Made by a program: the position numbers and the translations under genes | From: Paecilomyces variotii | Taxonomy: Eukaryota | Strand: one strand, 5' to 3' | Assembly: GCA_004022145.1 (NCBI GenBank) | Contig: RCNU01000002.1 | DNA length: 64,000 nt | The notes under the pieces: model-generated | The model's database searches: none | Seen by the model: the letters and a program-made list of their open reading frames with translations, nothing else | What the model was told of the DNA's origin: nothing | Part shown: piece by piece, positions 24,197-35,489 of the stretch | How the letters are laid out: the number at the start of each line of letters is the position of its first letter | Position numbering within the stretch: position 1 is the stretch's first letter

Positions 24197-27100
24197 ATGT
24201 CTGAGTTGGCGGCGTCTGGACCTGTGTCGCTGTCGCGATACCGGCCGGTCCTTTACCTGCTCACCGGCGTCACAGCTGCCTATGCTCTCTTCTACATCCA
24301 TAGCAACTTCATCGCTTCGAATAGCTCGCATACGTCCCTGCGCCGTCGGAATGCTGTCCGGCGCCACCGACGCCATGACTTTGACGAGGAGATCGTGGAC
24401 ACTCCCTCGTTCCGAGCCATCAGCCATCTCGAGCAGCTCGAGCGACAAAACGGAGTATACGGCACGTTCAGGATAGAGACAGAAGATGGAAGGCGCGTGG
24501 AGAGCGGGCTGTTGCCGTCGCTTCTGGCGACCCGCGACCAGTTGATGGAGGAAGTGGGAGTGCCGCCAGCTCATGCGGAACGGATGAGGGAGATGATGGA
24601 GGAGACGTTCTTGGAATCCTTCTTTGCTTTGGATTTTCCACCGTCTCATACAATCCCTCAGGGGAGTACGGAGAGGCATTACTTGATGGACGAGCTGCAG
24701 CGTCGGGGAATTTCGCGGATGGGGATCACGAGAGCTCTGGAACGATATAATGCGGATAGCAACTTCGGGGATGACTTGCGACGTCGTCGACAGAATGGAG
24801 AGAGAGTGACGCTTGCTACGTCGTCTGGAGCTGAGCTTACAGCACCGATGCGCAACCTTGATGGCGGGGAGACGACCATGGACGACCAGAGTGTCTTCTC
24901 CTGGAGGGATGGGAATGACGATTCTTCTCCTACGAGCGAGGGACAAAATCTTCTCAACCTGCTATACCACATCGCAGAGGATCAGGCTAGGAGGGATGGC
25001 TATATTCATAGAGGGGTGACATGCAACAGCTGTGGTGCGATGCCGATTCAAGGTATCAGGTACCGATGCGCCAACTGTATCGATTACGATCTCTGCGAAA
25101 CCTGCGAGGCTATGCAGGTGCACATCAAAACACATCTCTTCTACAAGGTCCGCATCCCTGCGCCTTTCTTGGGCAACCCGCGCCAGTCTCAGCCGGTGTG
25201 GTACCCAGGAAAGCCGATGATGCTGCCTCGCAGTCTCCCACGGCCGCTGGCAAAACGATTGATCAAGGAGACGAACTTCGAGAATACTGAGCTCGACGCA
25301 TTGTGGGATCAGTTCCGCTGCCTGGCCAATGTAGAGTGGTTGGAGGATCCGAATAAATTGTGCATGGCTATTGACCGGAAGACATTTGACCGTTGTTTCG
25401 TTCCTAACACGTCTATCCGCCCGCCTCCTCCAAGTCTCATCTACGACCGCATGTTCGCTTTCTACGATACCAACGGTGATAATCTTATTGGTTTCGAAGA
25501 GTTCTTGAAGGGCCTGGCAAGCTTCAATAACAAGAGTCAGGATGAAAGGATGAAGCGTATATTTAACGGCTACGATATTGACCGAGATGGCTACGTTGAG
25601 CGCAAGGATTTCCTTCGGATGTTCAGAGCGTACTATGCTCTCAGTCGCGAGCTGACTAGAGACATGGTCGCTGGTATGGAAGATGATTTCTTGGAGGGCG
25701 GTGCACGAGACGTCGTCCTCGGGAGCCAACCCATCAGTTCTGCATTCCCGGGTAGTATTCCATCGGGTGAAGCGTCAAGAACGGGAGAAGGAAAACGAAC
25801 AAACCTAGAAGGGGATATGGAAATCATTGACGATCAAGGCGTCTTGCGTCAGGACGGCACTGACACTGGCGATCGAAATGGCATTATCGGGGACGCCGCT
25901 GTCCGTGAACAGTTTGGTCGCGTTCGTCCGGTATTCCCATCGATGGTGCGTCTTTCGAGCTCAGCGGCTCCTCATCAGTCGCCGCCAACTGTGGCTTCTG
26001 CGACAGAAACAGAAGACGAAGGTGACGAAGACGATGATGAGGAGGGAAGCTCGGATGAAGATGGATCGAGTTCTTCCGTCAACAGTGACCAGTGGCCCCC
26101 AGCAGAGCATATTCTAGAGGAAGATATTGTGAGTGCACTGGGTGCATTCGTCCCTATCCAAGAAGTCACGGATCAGGTGGACAGAGCTCGTATCGGAAAC
26201 GCAGTCTATCAAAGAATGCATGATGAAGACCAGAGGCGTGTTGATGAGGCGCGCACCCATGGTATTCATGAGCGCTGGCGGCGAAGAGCGTTCTATACTG
26301 ATGAGGAGGACGGTGCCACACCACCGGAAGGCTATCAGGAGTCCGACTTTGACAGTCTCAGCGACGACGACGATGTCGAAGAGTCTCAACCGGAGTTATC
26401 TTCACGTCTACCGTTTACTCGCTCGAGATCATCATCCAAGGTACGCTTCCAAGATGATCTTGTCGATGATTATGACATCAGGTCAAACCCCTCGACATCG
26501 TCGCGCAGCGTTCCTGTTGGTGAGCGCTGGGGTGGCTTCGAGATCCCAGAAGTAGAGAAAGATGCAGGCAAGGAGATATTGTATCAGGTTACGCAGCAAG
26601 GTCTCAACGAGCTTCTGGATTATCTCTTCAAGGCGAAAGAGGATCTTCTTATGGAAGCACGTCGCACGCGAGCGGAACGAAAGAGATGGGCACGGGAAAT
26701 TGAACTGATTGAGCACATGGATCCGAAGAAACAATTCAACCGAAAGCAAGATCAAGCTGCCGACGAGAATAATGAAGGAGAAGCTCATGATGAGAGGTCG
26801 CTCCAACAACGTATTGCCGAAAAGCCCTTGGATGAATTATTGCAAGTAGCGGGGTATTCGGTAACGCCATCGTCGCCAGAACTCGAAGGCCCTCAGCCTG
26901 TTCTGGCCCCTCCGTCGTCTGAACCTGTTGGGGGTGATGATGATGATGTGCGGCCAGTGCATCTTCGTGCGCCTTCAGACGAGGAGTTGCCTGAGCCTGC
27001 AATCCCTCAACCGTCTCAGCCGGATCCTACTCTGCCCCAAAATCGCCCTGACGGAAGAGATATTGAACAATCCCCCCCTCCACCAGTTACTCCGGACGCC

Positions 27101-27670
27101 TCCATTGGTGGCGACTATTTCCAGCTGGACGATTCTCCACGCGATCCAACACTCCCTCAGTACCGCCCGAACGAGGAGGATGAGCAGCAGCGCCGTCCAC
27201 ATCTCTGCTTCCGTGAGGAGCTGTCTTACGCCTCAGCACCCAGTACAGCTCGAACTTTAGATACTCCCTCCTCATACTCTAGCTTGTCTTCTGCGCAGCC
27301 TCAGCAGCAGTTGCCATTGCGACTCCGGCTGCAGCCCAATGGCACACCTTCGTTGCCAGCACCACGATCTCCCGCCTCATCGTCGGCTGAAGCAGAGGCG
27401 ACAGCTCCTAAGTCAAGTCCCTCTTTCAAGCAGCCTATCCACTCCTCACATACATCCCCGACTATACGGCCTCGACAGCCGCCGCTCCGCACCCCATCTC
27501 CGCAGACTCTCGCGAGGTGGGCCCTCTTGAACCAAGTCGAGCGAGAGGCGAAAGAACGAGGCGGTAGCGGTGCCAAACTTAATTTCGAGGAATTCAGCCG
27601 GAAGATGAACGCTGACCGTGGCCGAAGACTCGGGTTCGTCAGTAGCTGGATTGAGATGGCAAGCTTTTGA
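24197..27670 (+). CDS. ZZ zinc finger + EF-hand protein with N-terminal hydrophobic anchor, 1157 aa, single exon
   Basis: ZZ: HRGVTCNSC...RYRCANCIDYDLCETCE..H...H. EF hands DTNGDNLIGFEE and DIDRDGYVERKD. N-terminal segment VLYLLTGVTAAYALFYI. Confidence 0.9.
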   Translation: MSELAASGPVSLSRYRPVLYLLTGVTAAYALFYIHSNFIASNSSHTSLRRRNAVRRHRRHDFDEEIVDTPSFRAISHLEQLERQNGVYGTFRIETEDGRRVESGLLPSLLATRDQLMEEVGVPPAHAERMREMMEETFLESFFALDFPPSHTIPQGSTERHYLMDELQRRGISRMGITRALERYNADSNFGDDLRRRRQNGERVTLATSSGAELTAPMRNLDGGETTMDDQSVFSWRDGNDDSSPTSEGQNLLNLLYHIAEDQARRDGYIHRGVTCNSCGAMPIQGIRYRCANCIDYDLCETCEAMQVHIKTHLFYKVRIPAPFLGNPRQSQPVWYPGKPMMLPRSLPRPLAKRLIKETNFENTELDALWDQFRCLANVEWLEDPNKLCMAIDRKTFDRCFVPNTSIRPPPPSLIYDRMFAFYDTNGDNLIGFEEFLKGLASFNNKSQDERMKRIFNGYDIDRDGYVERKDFLRMFRAYYALSRELTRDMVAGMEDDFLEGGARDVVLGSQPISSAFPGSIPSGEASRTGEGKRTNLEGDMEIIDDQGVLRQDGTDTGDRNGIIGDAAVREQFGRVRPVFPSMVRLSSSAAPHQSPPTVASATETEDEGDEDDDEEGSSDEDGSSSSVNSDQWPPAEHILEEDIVSALGAFVPIQEVTDQVDRARIGNAVYQRMHDEDQRRVDEARTHGIHERWRRRAFYTDEEDGATPPEGYQESDFDSLSDDDDVEESQPELSSRLPFTRSRSSSKVRFQDDLVDDYDIRSNPSTSSRSVPVGERWGGFEIPEVEKDAGKEILYQVTQQGLNELLDYLFKAKEDLLMEARRTRAERKRWAREIELIEHMDPKKQFNRKQDQAADENNEGEAHDERSLQQRIAEKPLDELLQVAGYSVTPSSPELEGPQPVLAPPSSEPVGGDDDDVRPVHLRAPSDEELPEPAIPQPSQPDPTLPQNRPDGRDIEQSPPPPVTPDASIGGDYFQLDDSPRDPTLPQYRPNEEDEQQRRPHLCFREELSYASAPSTARTLDTPSSYSSLSSAQPQQQLPLRLRLQPNGTPSLPAPRSPASSSAEAEATAPKSSPSFKQPIHSSHTSPTIRPRQPPLRTPSPQTLARWALLNQVEREAKERGGSGAKLNFEEFSRKMNADRGRRLGFVSSWIEMASF

Positions 27671-28259
27671 TTCGAGTTTTATCTTTGTTTTCTTGTTTTC
27701 TTTTTTTCTTTTTTTCGACCTCCTTTTTTCGTTTCGTTGCTGCCCATACTCGATGTTCTGTGCCCTAGTGCATCTCTTTTGCTCATTACTTGCACGGTAT
27801 TAACATCAACCATCCACTCATAGAAAACCTTGGGCAGCGTGCAGCAGGACTTTTCGTTTGCACTGAGGGGAAGAAAGCATTGACACTATCGATGGGCAAT
27901 GGACTAATGAATTCTACGAAAGTGTAATTACTAGGTTAGACCCTAGCTGGCGGATGGGCATTACATTCACCGTGTAAAATAAGAACAGCATTTGCATTAG
28001 CCATGAGTACGCTGGATGCCTCTCCATTCTCGCGATTGGACCTTGAAAACAAAGTTAGGCAAGAAATTTCACAATTGTTCAAGTAATATCGGATATGAGC
28101 CGACAACGATCAGATTTAGAATATGACATAATTCCCAACTTCCTATAACCAAAACAGTTCTATCTATTACTGGGAGAGTATTGTACATGTATGTATGCAT
28201 TTATACCTAAACGCCTCAAGGAAAAAGGAAAAAAAAAAAATAAAAAAGGAATCTCCATC

Positions 28260-30488
28260 TTACAATTCAATTTCCTCACCCTCCTCTGTCGTCGTGACGG
28301 GTTTGTACGCGACATCGTCTTTAGTCTTGGGACGGCGTTTTCGGAGCATGAACCAGAATATCGCACCGCATGCTAGTGCAATGAAGCAGAAGTAGAAGAT
28401 GAAAGCGGTTATTTTAAAGGGGCTGGATCTGTTTTTGTGATTGTGAAATAGTTAGTATAGTCAGTTAGTGTGTGGGTACTTGATGCGTGCGTGCATGGGG
28501 TGATTTGGAGGGGGGGGGGATGAATAGATAGATTAAAATAAATTGAGATATTGACGTGGGAGAGCTGTCTTACTTTGTATTATGTTCTGTGGAAGATTCT
28601 TGCTCTGTCGGAGAGGTTTGTTCTTCTTCTGTGTGTTTCTCATCTGAGGGACCCCAGTTCGTATCATTTTTGCTGGTGAATGGGATCTGGACTGGAGAGC
28701 ATGCCTTGAGGTGGTCAGATGGGATAGATGACATTGGTGTCCGCTCCTGGAGTGTAAGAGGGTCTTCCACCATAGTGGCGATAAGTCCTGCATGGGCGTG
28801 CCATTCCATGTGGCAGTGGAATATCCATACTCCTGATTAGTTATAGTTCCAAGGTTAGTTACAGATTGTCTGGCTGGGAGATGTACGTTGACAGAAGGTG
28901 GTGACGCACCAGGATTATTAGCTCGAAACCGGACGACGATGCTTCCTCCTGGATTCACGACGAGTGTATCACGTCGGATGGGGGCTTGAGGGAGATCATT
29001 CTCGGTTAAGCCTTTATCTTTGAATAGACCATCGCCGCGCTTTGATTGGAACACAGCTTGGAAGTGGTGGCCGTGCAAGTGGAATGGGTGTCGGCCCATG
29101 TGTTCGTTGTTAACGATTAGTTCGACGATGGAGTCCTTTTCAAGGACGAATGAATTGGTCGATGCGGCATAGGTGGTCTCATTTGCGGCATCTGTACCGC
29201 TCGTAAGGGCTGTATATAGAGTTGGCACCTCGGGAGGCGAGTAGCTAACGTCGTTGAGGAGCCAGCTGGAAAAGAAGAACGTTGTTAGTGAAGTAGAATG
29301 CGCAGTTAGAATGGGGGGCAGATACTCACTGCGTAATTCCATCCAGATCCCTGTCCATGTTCATAGTAAGGGTGATTGTACGATCTGGATGGGCCAACAA
29401 CGGTTGTTCGTCATACGGCACGAGTGCCATATCGTCTATACTGTCATACCTGGACAGCTGCTGTGGTTCCGGGTATGATAGGCTCGAGTCATATACAAGC
29501 CACCCTGTCGTTGACATGCTGAAATGTCCATGGCCCATTCTCGAGTTCTGCATATACCTGTTAGCGAAAGTCGTTGGGTGGAATAGAGTTGTAAAGCGTA
29601 CTGGATCCAAACTCGCGACGATGGGATAGTTCGCTGCCCGATCATCCTTGGTCTTCAGTAGGAAACTACATCTCTGGCCAGTAGCGAGGTAGATGGTTTC
29701 AGCGACAGTCGGCTTCGTGTAGACTCCATCCAGTTCCACAATGGTCATGTTGTGACCTTCCATCCAGAAATACTGGCCCATGAACGCTCCTATGTTAATC
29801 ATCCGGACGAGATACGTCTTTCCTGGCTGTACCCCGATTTTAAGATTCTGGGTCTCGTTGATCAAGTTCGATTGAGGCAGAGGTTCCTGCAACATCATGT
29901 TCCCCTTGGCCATGTACGTTGGAAGGAGAGCGGACATTTGATCGTGATACCAGTCTGATAAAGGCAAGATCAGTTCTTCCTCATACTCACCCTTGAAAGG
30001 TGAGGCGTCATCGTATATGATCAACGGACCCCGCAATCCGTCAGGATATTGCGATTGAGTGTGAGAATGATACCAGTATGTACCTGGTTGATCCACCTGT
30101 TTACAGAAAATCTCGTTATTTCGGTCATCTCGTACAGCCTGCGACAGGCACACCATACCGTAAAGTTATACTGGAAGCTGGATCCTGGTGGAATACCGCA
30201 CTGGGTGACCTGAGCTGGTCCATCCATATGAGAGGCATTCTTCATGAAAAGGCCGTGGAAATGAAGGGATGTCGATTGGTTCCCTAATCCATTCAAGACA
30301 TTGACGATAATGCGATCCCCAACATTGGCCGTAATCGCGGGCAATGGCCACTGGCCATTGATGCCAATGGTTGGTCTTACGTGCGCACCATCTGGATTCG
30401 AAGACACCCAAGTGATATTGAAATCGTAAGTGACCGTAGCGCATATCGCGCTCGGAAGAAGCGCCAGCAGGGCGCACAGGAAGATCAT
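28260..30488 (-). CDS. Fet3-like multicopper oxidase with C-terminal TM anchor; exons ~30488-30159, ~30096-29602, 29547-29330, 29265-28910, 28832-28574, 28428-28260
   Basis: Signal peptide and all four Cu-binding motifs: [35 protein letters not shown]. The last exon, not annotated in the ORF track, reads [34 protein letters not shown]...EEIEL*. Confidence 0.92.
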
Positions 30489-32293
30489 CAGGGGCGGCGA
30501 TGCCACGGTGTAAATAAATACCTGGAAAGCACCGCTAGGGCCATTGCAGGATCCTGGGAACATTTGACCCCAGGATAAATGGCCAGCAACGCAGTGATTT
30601 AATAGCAATGATACATTCTTCTTTTGTTCTTGCTGTCAGCCGTCAGTTTGTTTTTAGCTTTCCGGGCCCCCGATCCCTAGATTTGCCGCTAAAAAACTGT
30701 CCGAGATCAACTAAATGTCTCCGGGGCTCTGAGATGCGAAACAATTCAACCTTCTGCCATTCGTTCGCAACAAGGAAGCTTACGGTTACAGGCTGGCCGG
30801 TGCGTCCTAGCATTGGCAAATAATGGCTCAATAATCGTTTCATCACCCACCAACTTCAAGAACTCAGAGTGTCATCGTTCCTTGGAGCTGTTTGACGTGA
30901 ACTGTCACCCCATACCGGATATGTAAAGCCGGGTCGTCCTTTACTGTAATAACTAGTGGACCATTGCAAACCGCTCATGGAACTAATATTAACAGCTATT
31001 CCGTTGAGTCGAATCAACATGTTCATCTCTTCCATCGCGAAATGAAATGGTCCTAGCCATTATCTGGCATTTGCCATTGATGAGCGCTAAACTTCTGAAC
31101 GCATCGGCTGGGGACAATCTCAATGGCCCAAGATCAGCGACGTTACCTTGAATCAGCGATAGGTTTCTACGAAACTACTATCAGTTACGCCTCATCGATC
31201 AGAAAATAGCTGGCAGTGATGGAATTTCTCATATTCGAGGTAGATTATCCACTCGACCCCAGAACTGACGTTAGTCCATACTGACGAGAACAGCTGATTA
31301 CCGATGACAGCCTAGGCTGTCATCGATAGAGGATATGTATAAACCATCTTGTGGACATGCCGGATGGTTTCGATAAGTTGGGATACGATGGCCGTTTGAA
31401 GACCGCCATGTTGCTGTACGTAACCCACTTGTGTCGCTATTCTTTCCATTCCTAAGCTCATAGAGTCAGTATCTGTCGACTCGAAATGGTTTCCATGTCC
31501 CACGACGGTTCATCCGCAACATCGTCAGTTGGGACAGATCCAGATTTAGGGTCATGTCTGTCGCAACAAGTCGATTTCACGATATTTACCTGCTAGCCTA
31601 GGTCGGCAGGTTTGTGGAAGCCGGGAGTCAACATCCATGATCCAGTGCCTTACCACATTCCATCGACTAGTCTGCCTAGCAACTCGGTATTCCCTTTTCA
31701 TCAAGCGATGACGCCCTCGTAAGGAGATACTTAATCAGTGGAATTCCCTTTGTGTTGATCTAGCGTCAATCCAACTGGGAGATGCTGCAGAGTCATTTCA
31801 CAGATCCGTGACAGTTATTTTGTTTCTGGCCATACGTCTTTTTGCCATGGGCGAAGACAATATCGAAGCACAGCAGCTACATATCATTGAACTGAATATG
31901 CTCTGCTAATCTACAGTCGACACATATTGCGGTCTGTAACCGGGAGCCTTGATATGGTCTCTAGTTGTGGCTGCACGACGGAGTTCTCCTGGTCCAGCGA
32001 GGTGGTTTTTGATACAGCTGCGTTGGCGTTTGACAGTGGCTCGGTGGTCTTGAATGCCTTCGATACGATTCTAACAGAGCTGACCACAGTAGATGTTTGA
32101 CAAGACATCAAATATATATATATAAGGACCGGGGTTCGGTGTCATAAGATTCTGTTTCATATTGAGTGGTGATAATATCGGACAAGTACCTCGGCTTTTC
32201 GGCTTTTCAATCACCTAATAAAAGTTATTAACTATTGGCTATCTAAGTAAATTTGGGAATTGTACAGGGACTGGAATGACTTGGTCTTAGTCC

Positions 32294-32333
32294 GAGACAA
32301 GTGGTCTCAAGAATCACTTGTCTCAAGAATCAC
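32294..32333. repeat. Overlapping 10-bp inverted repeat and 14-bp direct repeat
   Basis: GAGACAAGTG (32294-32303) / CACTTGTCTC (32315-32324); GTCTCAAGAATCAC at 32304 and 32320. Confidence 0.85.
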
Positions 32334-33365
32334 AGAAAAAATCATCTCTATACCCAATAGCGCGGTTCAGCGAATCGCCTCCGAGATAAAGCGTCCTGTT
32401 TGTTGTTTTACTCCGTACTACTCGTCCAATGAAACCCATGGTCTTAGCGCTACTGTAGATATTCGGTGCCAAGAGGTGGGCGATATCCTCGCTATACGAT
32501 TAGGATGTTTCCGATTAGCACCGCTGATCCATACAGGATCATTGATCAAAGCTTCCATGATACACATATGGTGAACCCCGTTTCATGAGTAGGGCCGAGA
32601 CAATGTTGTCGGAAGATGCCGTATGACCCCTTTGGTTCCTTAATCCCATCCTGTTTTTCTATTTTAGTTAAAACGGGCTTAACTAGCCGATTTAATCTAG
32701 GGGACTTGTTTAGCGCTGAGTGCTGTTCCTAGGAAGGTATACAGTTCACTGACACATAGGACGAAAGGTTCACTTTTCGGAGCTATTGCCTTTATGCGCG
32801 ACATCTTGGGGCCTCAGGGTGACAAGTCATGCGGTAAAAGGCATCTTAGAGCCCGGATGAGGCTGGCACATTATCTGAAACGAGTAAAACACCTCGCACT
32901 ACGGACGACGCCGGCGCACCTGCACATGAAAGCCAGAGACAAATCCAGTTCTGGTGCTCTCGTCTACACCGATGTAGTAAGCATAGTAAACTAAATAGAC
33001 ATGGCGCTTCGAGAAGTTGACCGGCTTGATACGATCGGTGCCACAGACCTGGGCCACTGACTGGTAAGATCAAAACGCCCAAGTATGATCTCGGAGTACT
33101 AACGTCTCCAAGCCAGCACGCTCACTTGGTCGAGCCCAAATCTCCGACGCAGGCTCTACTGCTCGCGCCCGCTTAGTTCCTATCACTCTCTGTTTTGCCA
33201 AGCCTTAGGGGAGTAATGGCGGAGCTGTAGGGCAAGTTATAAAGTCTGGCATAGTCGATTGATTCTTGATACAGGTCAATTCATTCATTTTTTTGTCACC
33301 CTTCTTCTCTCTTTCTCTTTCTCGTTTATTCATTCTTTACCTGGTGCTTGGCCACCTTTTTCAAG

Positions 33366-34531
33366 ATGATTCCTTCTGTTTTCCTTATCTGCCTTCTCGG
33401 ATCAGCTGGTCTCATCGAGGGGGCAGCCCTGAGTCCTTACTCGCAGAAATACAGTACCCCCCTCGAAAGACGCGCCGATTCAACCTGTCTGGCGAATAAC
33501 GCAATTCAAACGGCCAGTAGTTCAACAGGACAGGAGCCTGGTTCAGATGGACTTCAGGCTGGACAGGCGAAATCTGCAACGTAAGTTCTTCGCTACCATA
33601 TCATATACAATAGAGGAACAGCCATGGACATGGTAGTTGACAACTGAACGGATTTAGTGACGACGCAAATTTCATTAATTTCTGTTCAGGGCAGACTTTG
33701 ACCAACGGTCAGCAAAAGAAGGGCGGATCCTGCAACGGCATCGTCATGGGAAAGATCCCTTCCAGCAACAATATGATCTCTGCCATGATCACGAATCCTC
33801 AACCGGGAGACAAGATCACCGCAGGGAACACATTCACCATCTCTGTACAAACCACGAATCTCAAAGCCGGTTCCTTCACCAATGCGCAGTCAACATACTA
33901 TTCTGCTCCACAGGACCTGGATAGTAGTGGCAATATCATTGGTCATTGCCATGTCACCGTACAGGAAATCGGGAGCCTTACAAGCACCACACCACCGGAT
34001 CCATCCACGTTCGCCTTCTTTAAGGGTATCAACGACGATGGAAATGGCAAGGGCCTGTTGTCCGCCACAGTCACAGGCGGTCTACCAGCTGGAGTCTACC
34101 GTGTCTGCACAATGATCTCTTCCTCCAATCATCAGCCCGTTCTCATGCCTGTCGCTCAACGTGGTGCTCAGGATGATTGTACCAAGTTCGAGGTTGTCTC
34201 TAGCAGCAGCAGCAGCGGCAGCAACGGCAGCAATACCAACAACAGTAACAACTCTAATACGAGCAACGGTAGCAGTAGCTCCAGCACGAATTCAAAAGTG
34301 ACAGTCCAGTCCGGCTCTCTTGGTGGGGCTCCTCCTACGATACAGGATTCGGGGAATCCCTCCAGACCATTCTCTGTCAACGGGAACACCTTCGTGAACT
34401 CGGCTGCAGCCGTCCAACGGGCTTGTGATATCCAATTTAATCAGTGTGCAGACGCTGCCAACGCCGGAAAACTAGGAGGCAAAACCGTTAATGATTGCCA
34501 GATTCAGAAGAATGGCTGTAAAGCAGCATAG
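33366..34531 (+). CDS. Secreted Cys-containing protein of an uncharacterised fungal family; exons 33366-33580, 33658-34531
   Basis: Signal peptide, possible Kex2 site (ERR), core NFINFC..LTNGQQ..GSCNGIVMG...GHCHVTVQ...PVAQRGAQDDC, Ser/Asn linker, C-terminal 4-Cys module. Confidence 0.85.
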
Positions 34532-35489
34532 AGATCTAGCTCGACTTGTATATATTATCACTGACGGCACTTTTGGATATTCCGGGGTCTATGTTCGAAT
34601 AACAGCTGCTGAGATTTATAGGGGGTGGGGGGGAAGAAAGAAGGAAACAGAAGTGTATCATTTTTTTTTTTTGCCATTATACACAGGAACAACCGAGTAA
34701 AATCTAAAAACTACCTAGACTGCCTTAAAATACATGCGTAATATTGGTTACAGTCCGGTTAAGTCCGAGTTCTTCGACCCAAGTCACAACTCAAGAGTGT
34801 AGCACCATGGCATAATCGTAGCCGTTGCTATATTGAACAAACGCTAATGTTTTCTTAGCTCTCTCCAAATGCGCCCGCAGGTCAGGTAAGATGGGGATAA
34901 TTCCTACAGGCAGCGTCTTTGTACTCCATGGCCACGCTCTGGCCTAGTCCATTGTTAGATTGGAAGTCTAATCCAATGAGTGGTGTTCTTTTTCAATATA
35001 ATATATATTTCGATAGGAAGGGTGTGTCTCACGTGTGAAAAACTACTAGTCGTGAGAGCGTGGCCGCACTACTTACAGACGTAAGTATTCGTCCAACACC
35101 GCTTCTCGGTGCAACTGTTGTCCCTTCTGACAATCGGGATGGGACCGTAGAAATCTAGCATCGACAGAGTCGAACCTAAAGATATGGGCAATGGACTACC
35201 AGCATTAAGCCATCGAACATGCGTGGTGTAATTTGCCTCTATTTCTTCAGCTCGGTTTCAGGCCGCCCATGGCTTTCGCTCTTTTCCTGTTAAGACTTTT
35301 GGCCCCCTACTTAAGTACTTAATTTTAGGCTGTGGTACATTACCTAGCCATCTACGAAGGGGTAAGGTATGCCAATTTGACCATAATCATATACATATTT
35401 CATATTTCCAAGACGCTCACTTGTCAGAGTCAAGATTCAGAATCTCGAGAATCCTTCAGACTCATTAGAATCCTCCTTTTTTTTCAATT

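Noticed and set aside
29548-29601. In-frame 54-nt intron in the oxidase as possible retention
   Set aside because: Good GTACGC donor and GCTAAC branch point; the spliced form fits Fet3 spacing better.
30627-30636. Ace1/AceA-like copper element TTCTTGCTGT upstream of the oxidase
   Set aside because: The consensus is too degenerate for one hit to count as evidence.
31312-32574. Short ORFs in the 2.9-kb gap
   Set aside because: No similarity I can recognise to Ftr1, transposases or other proteins.
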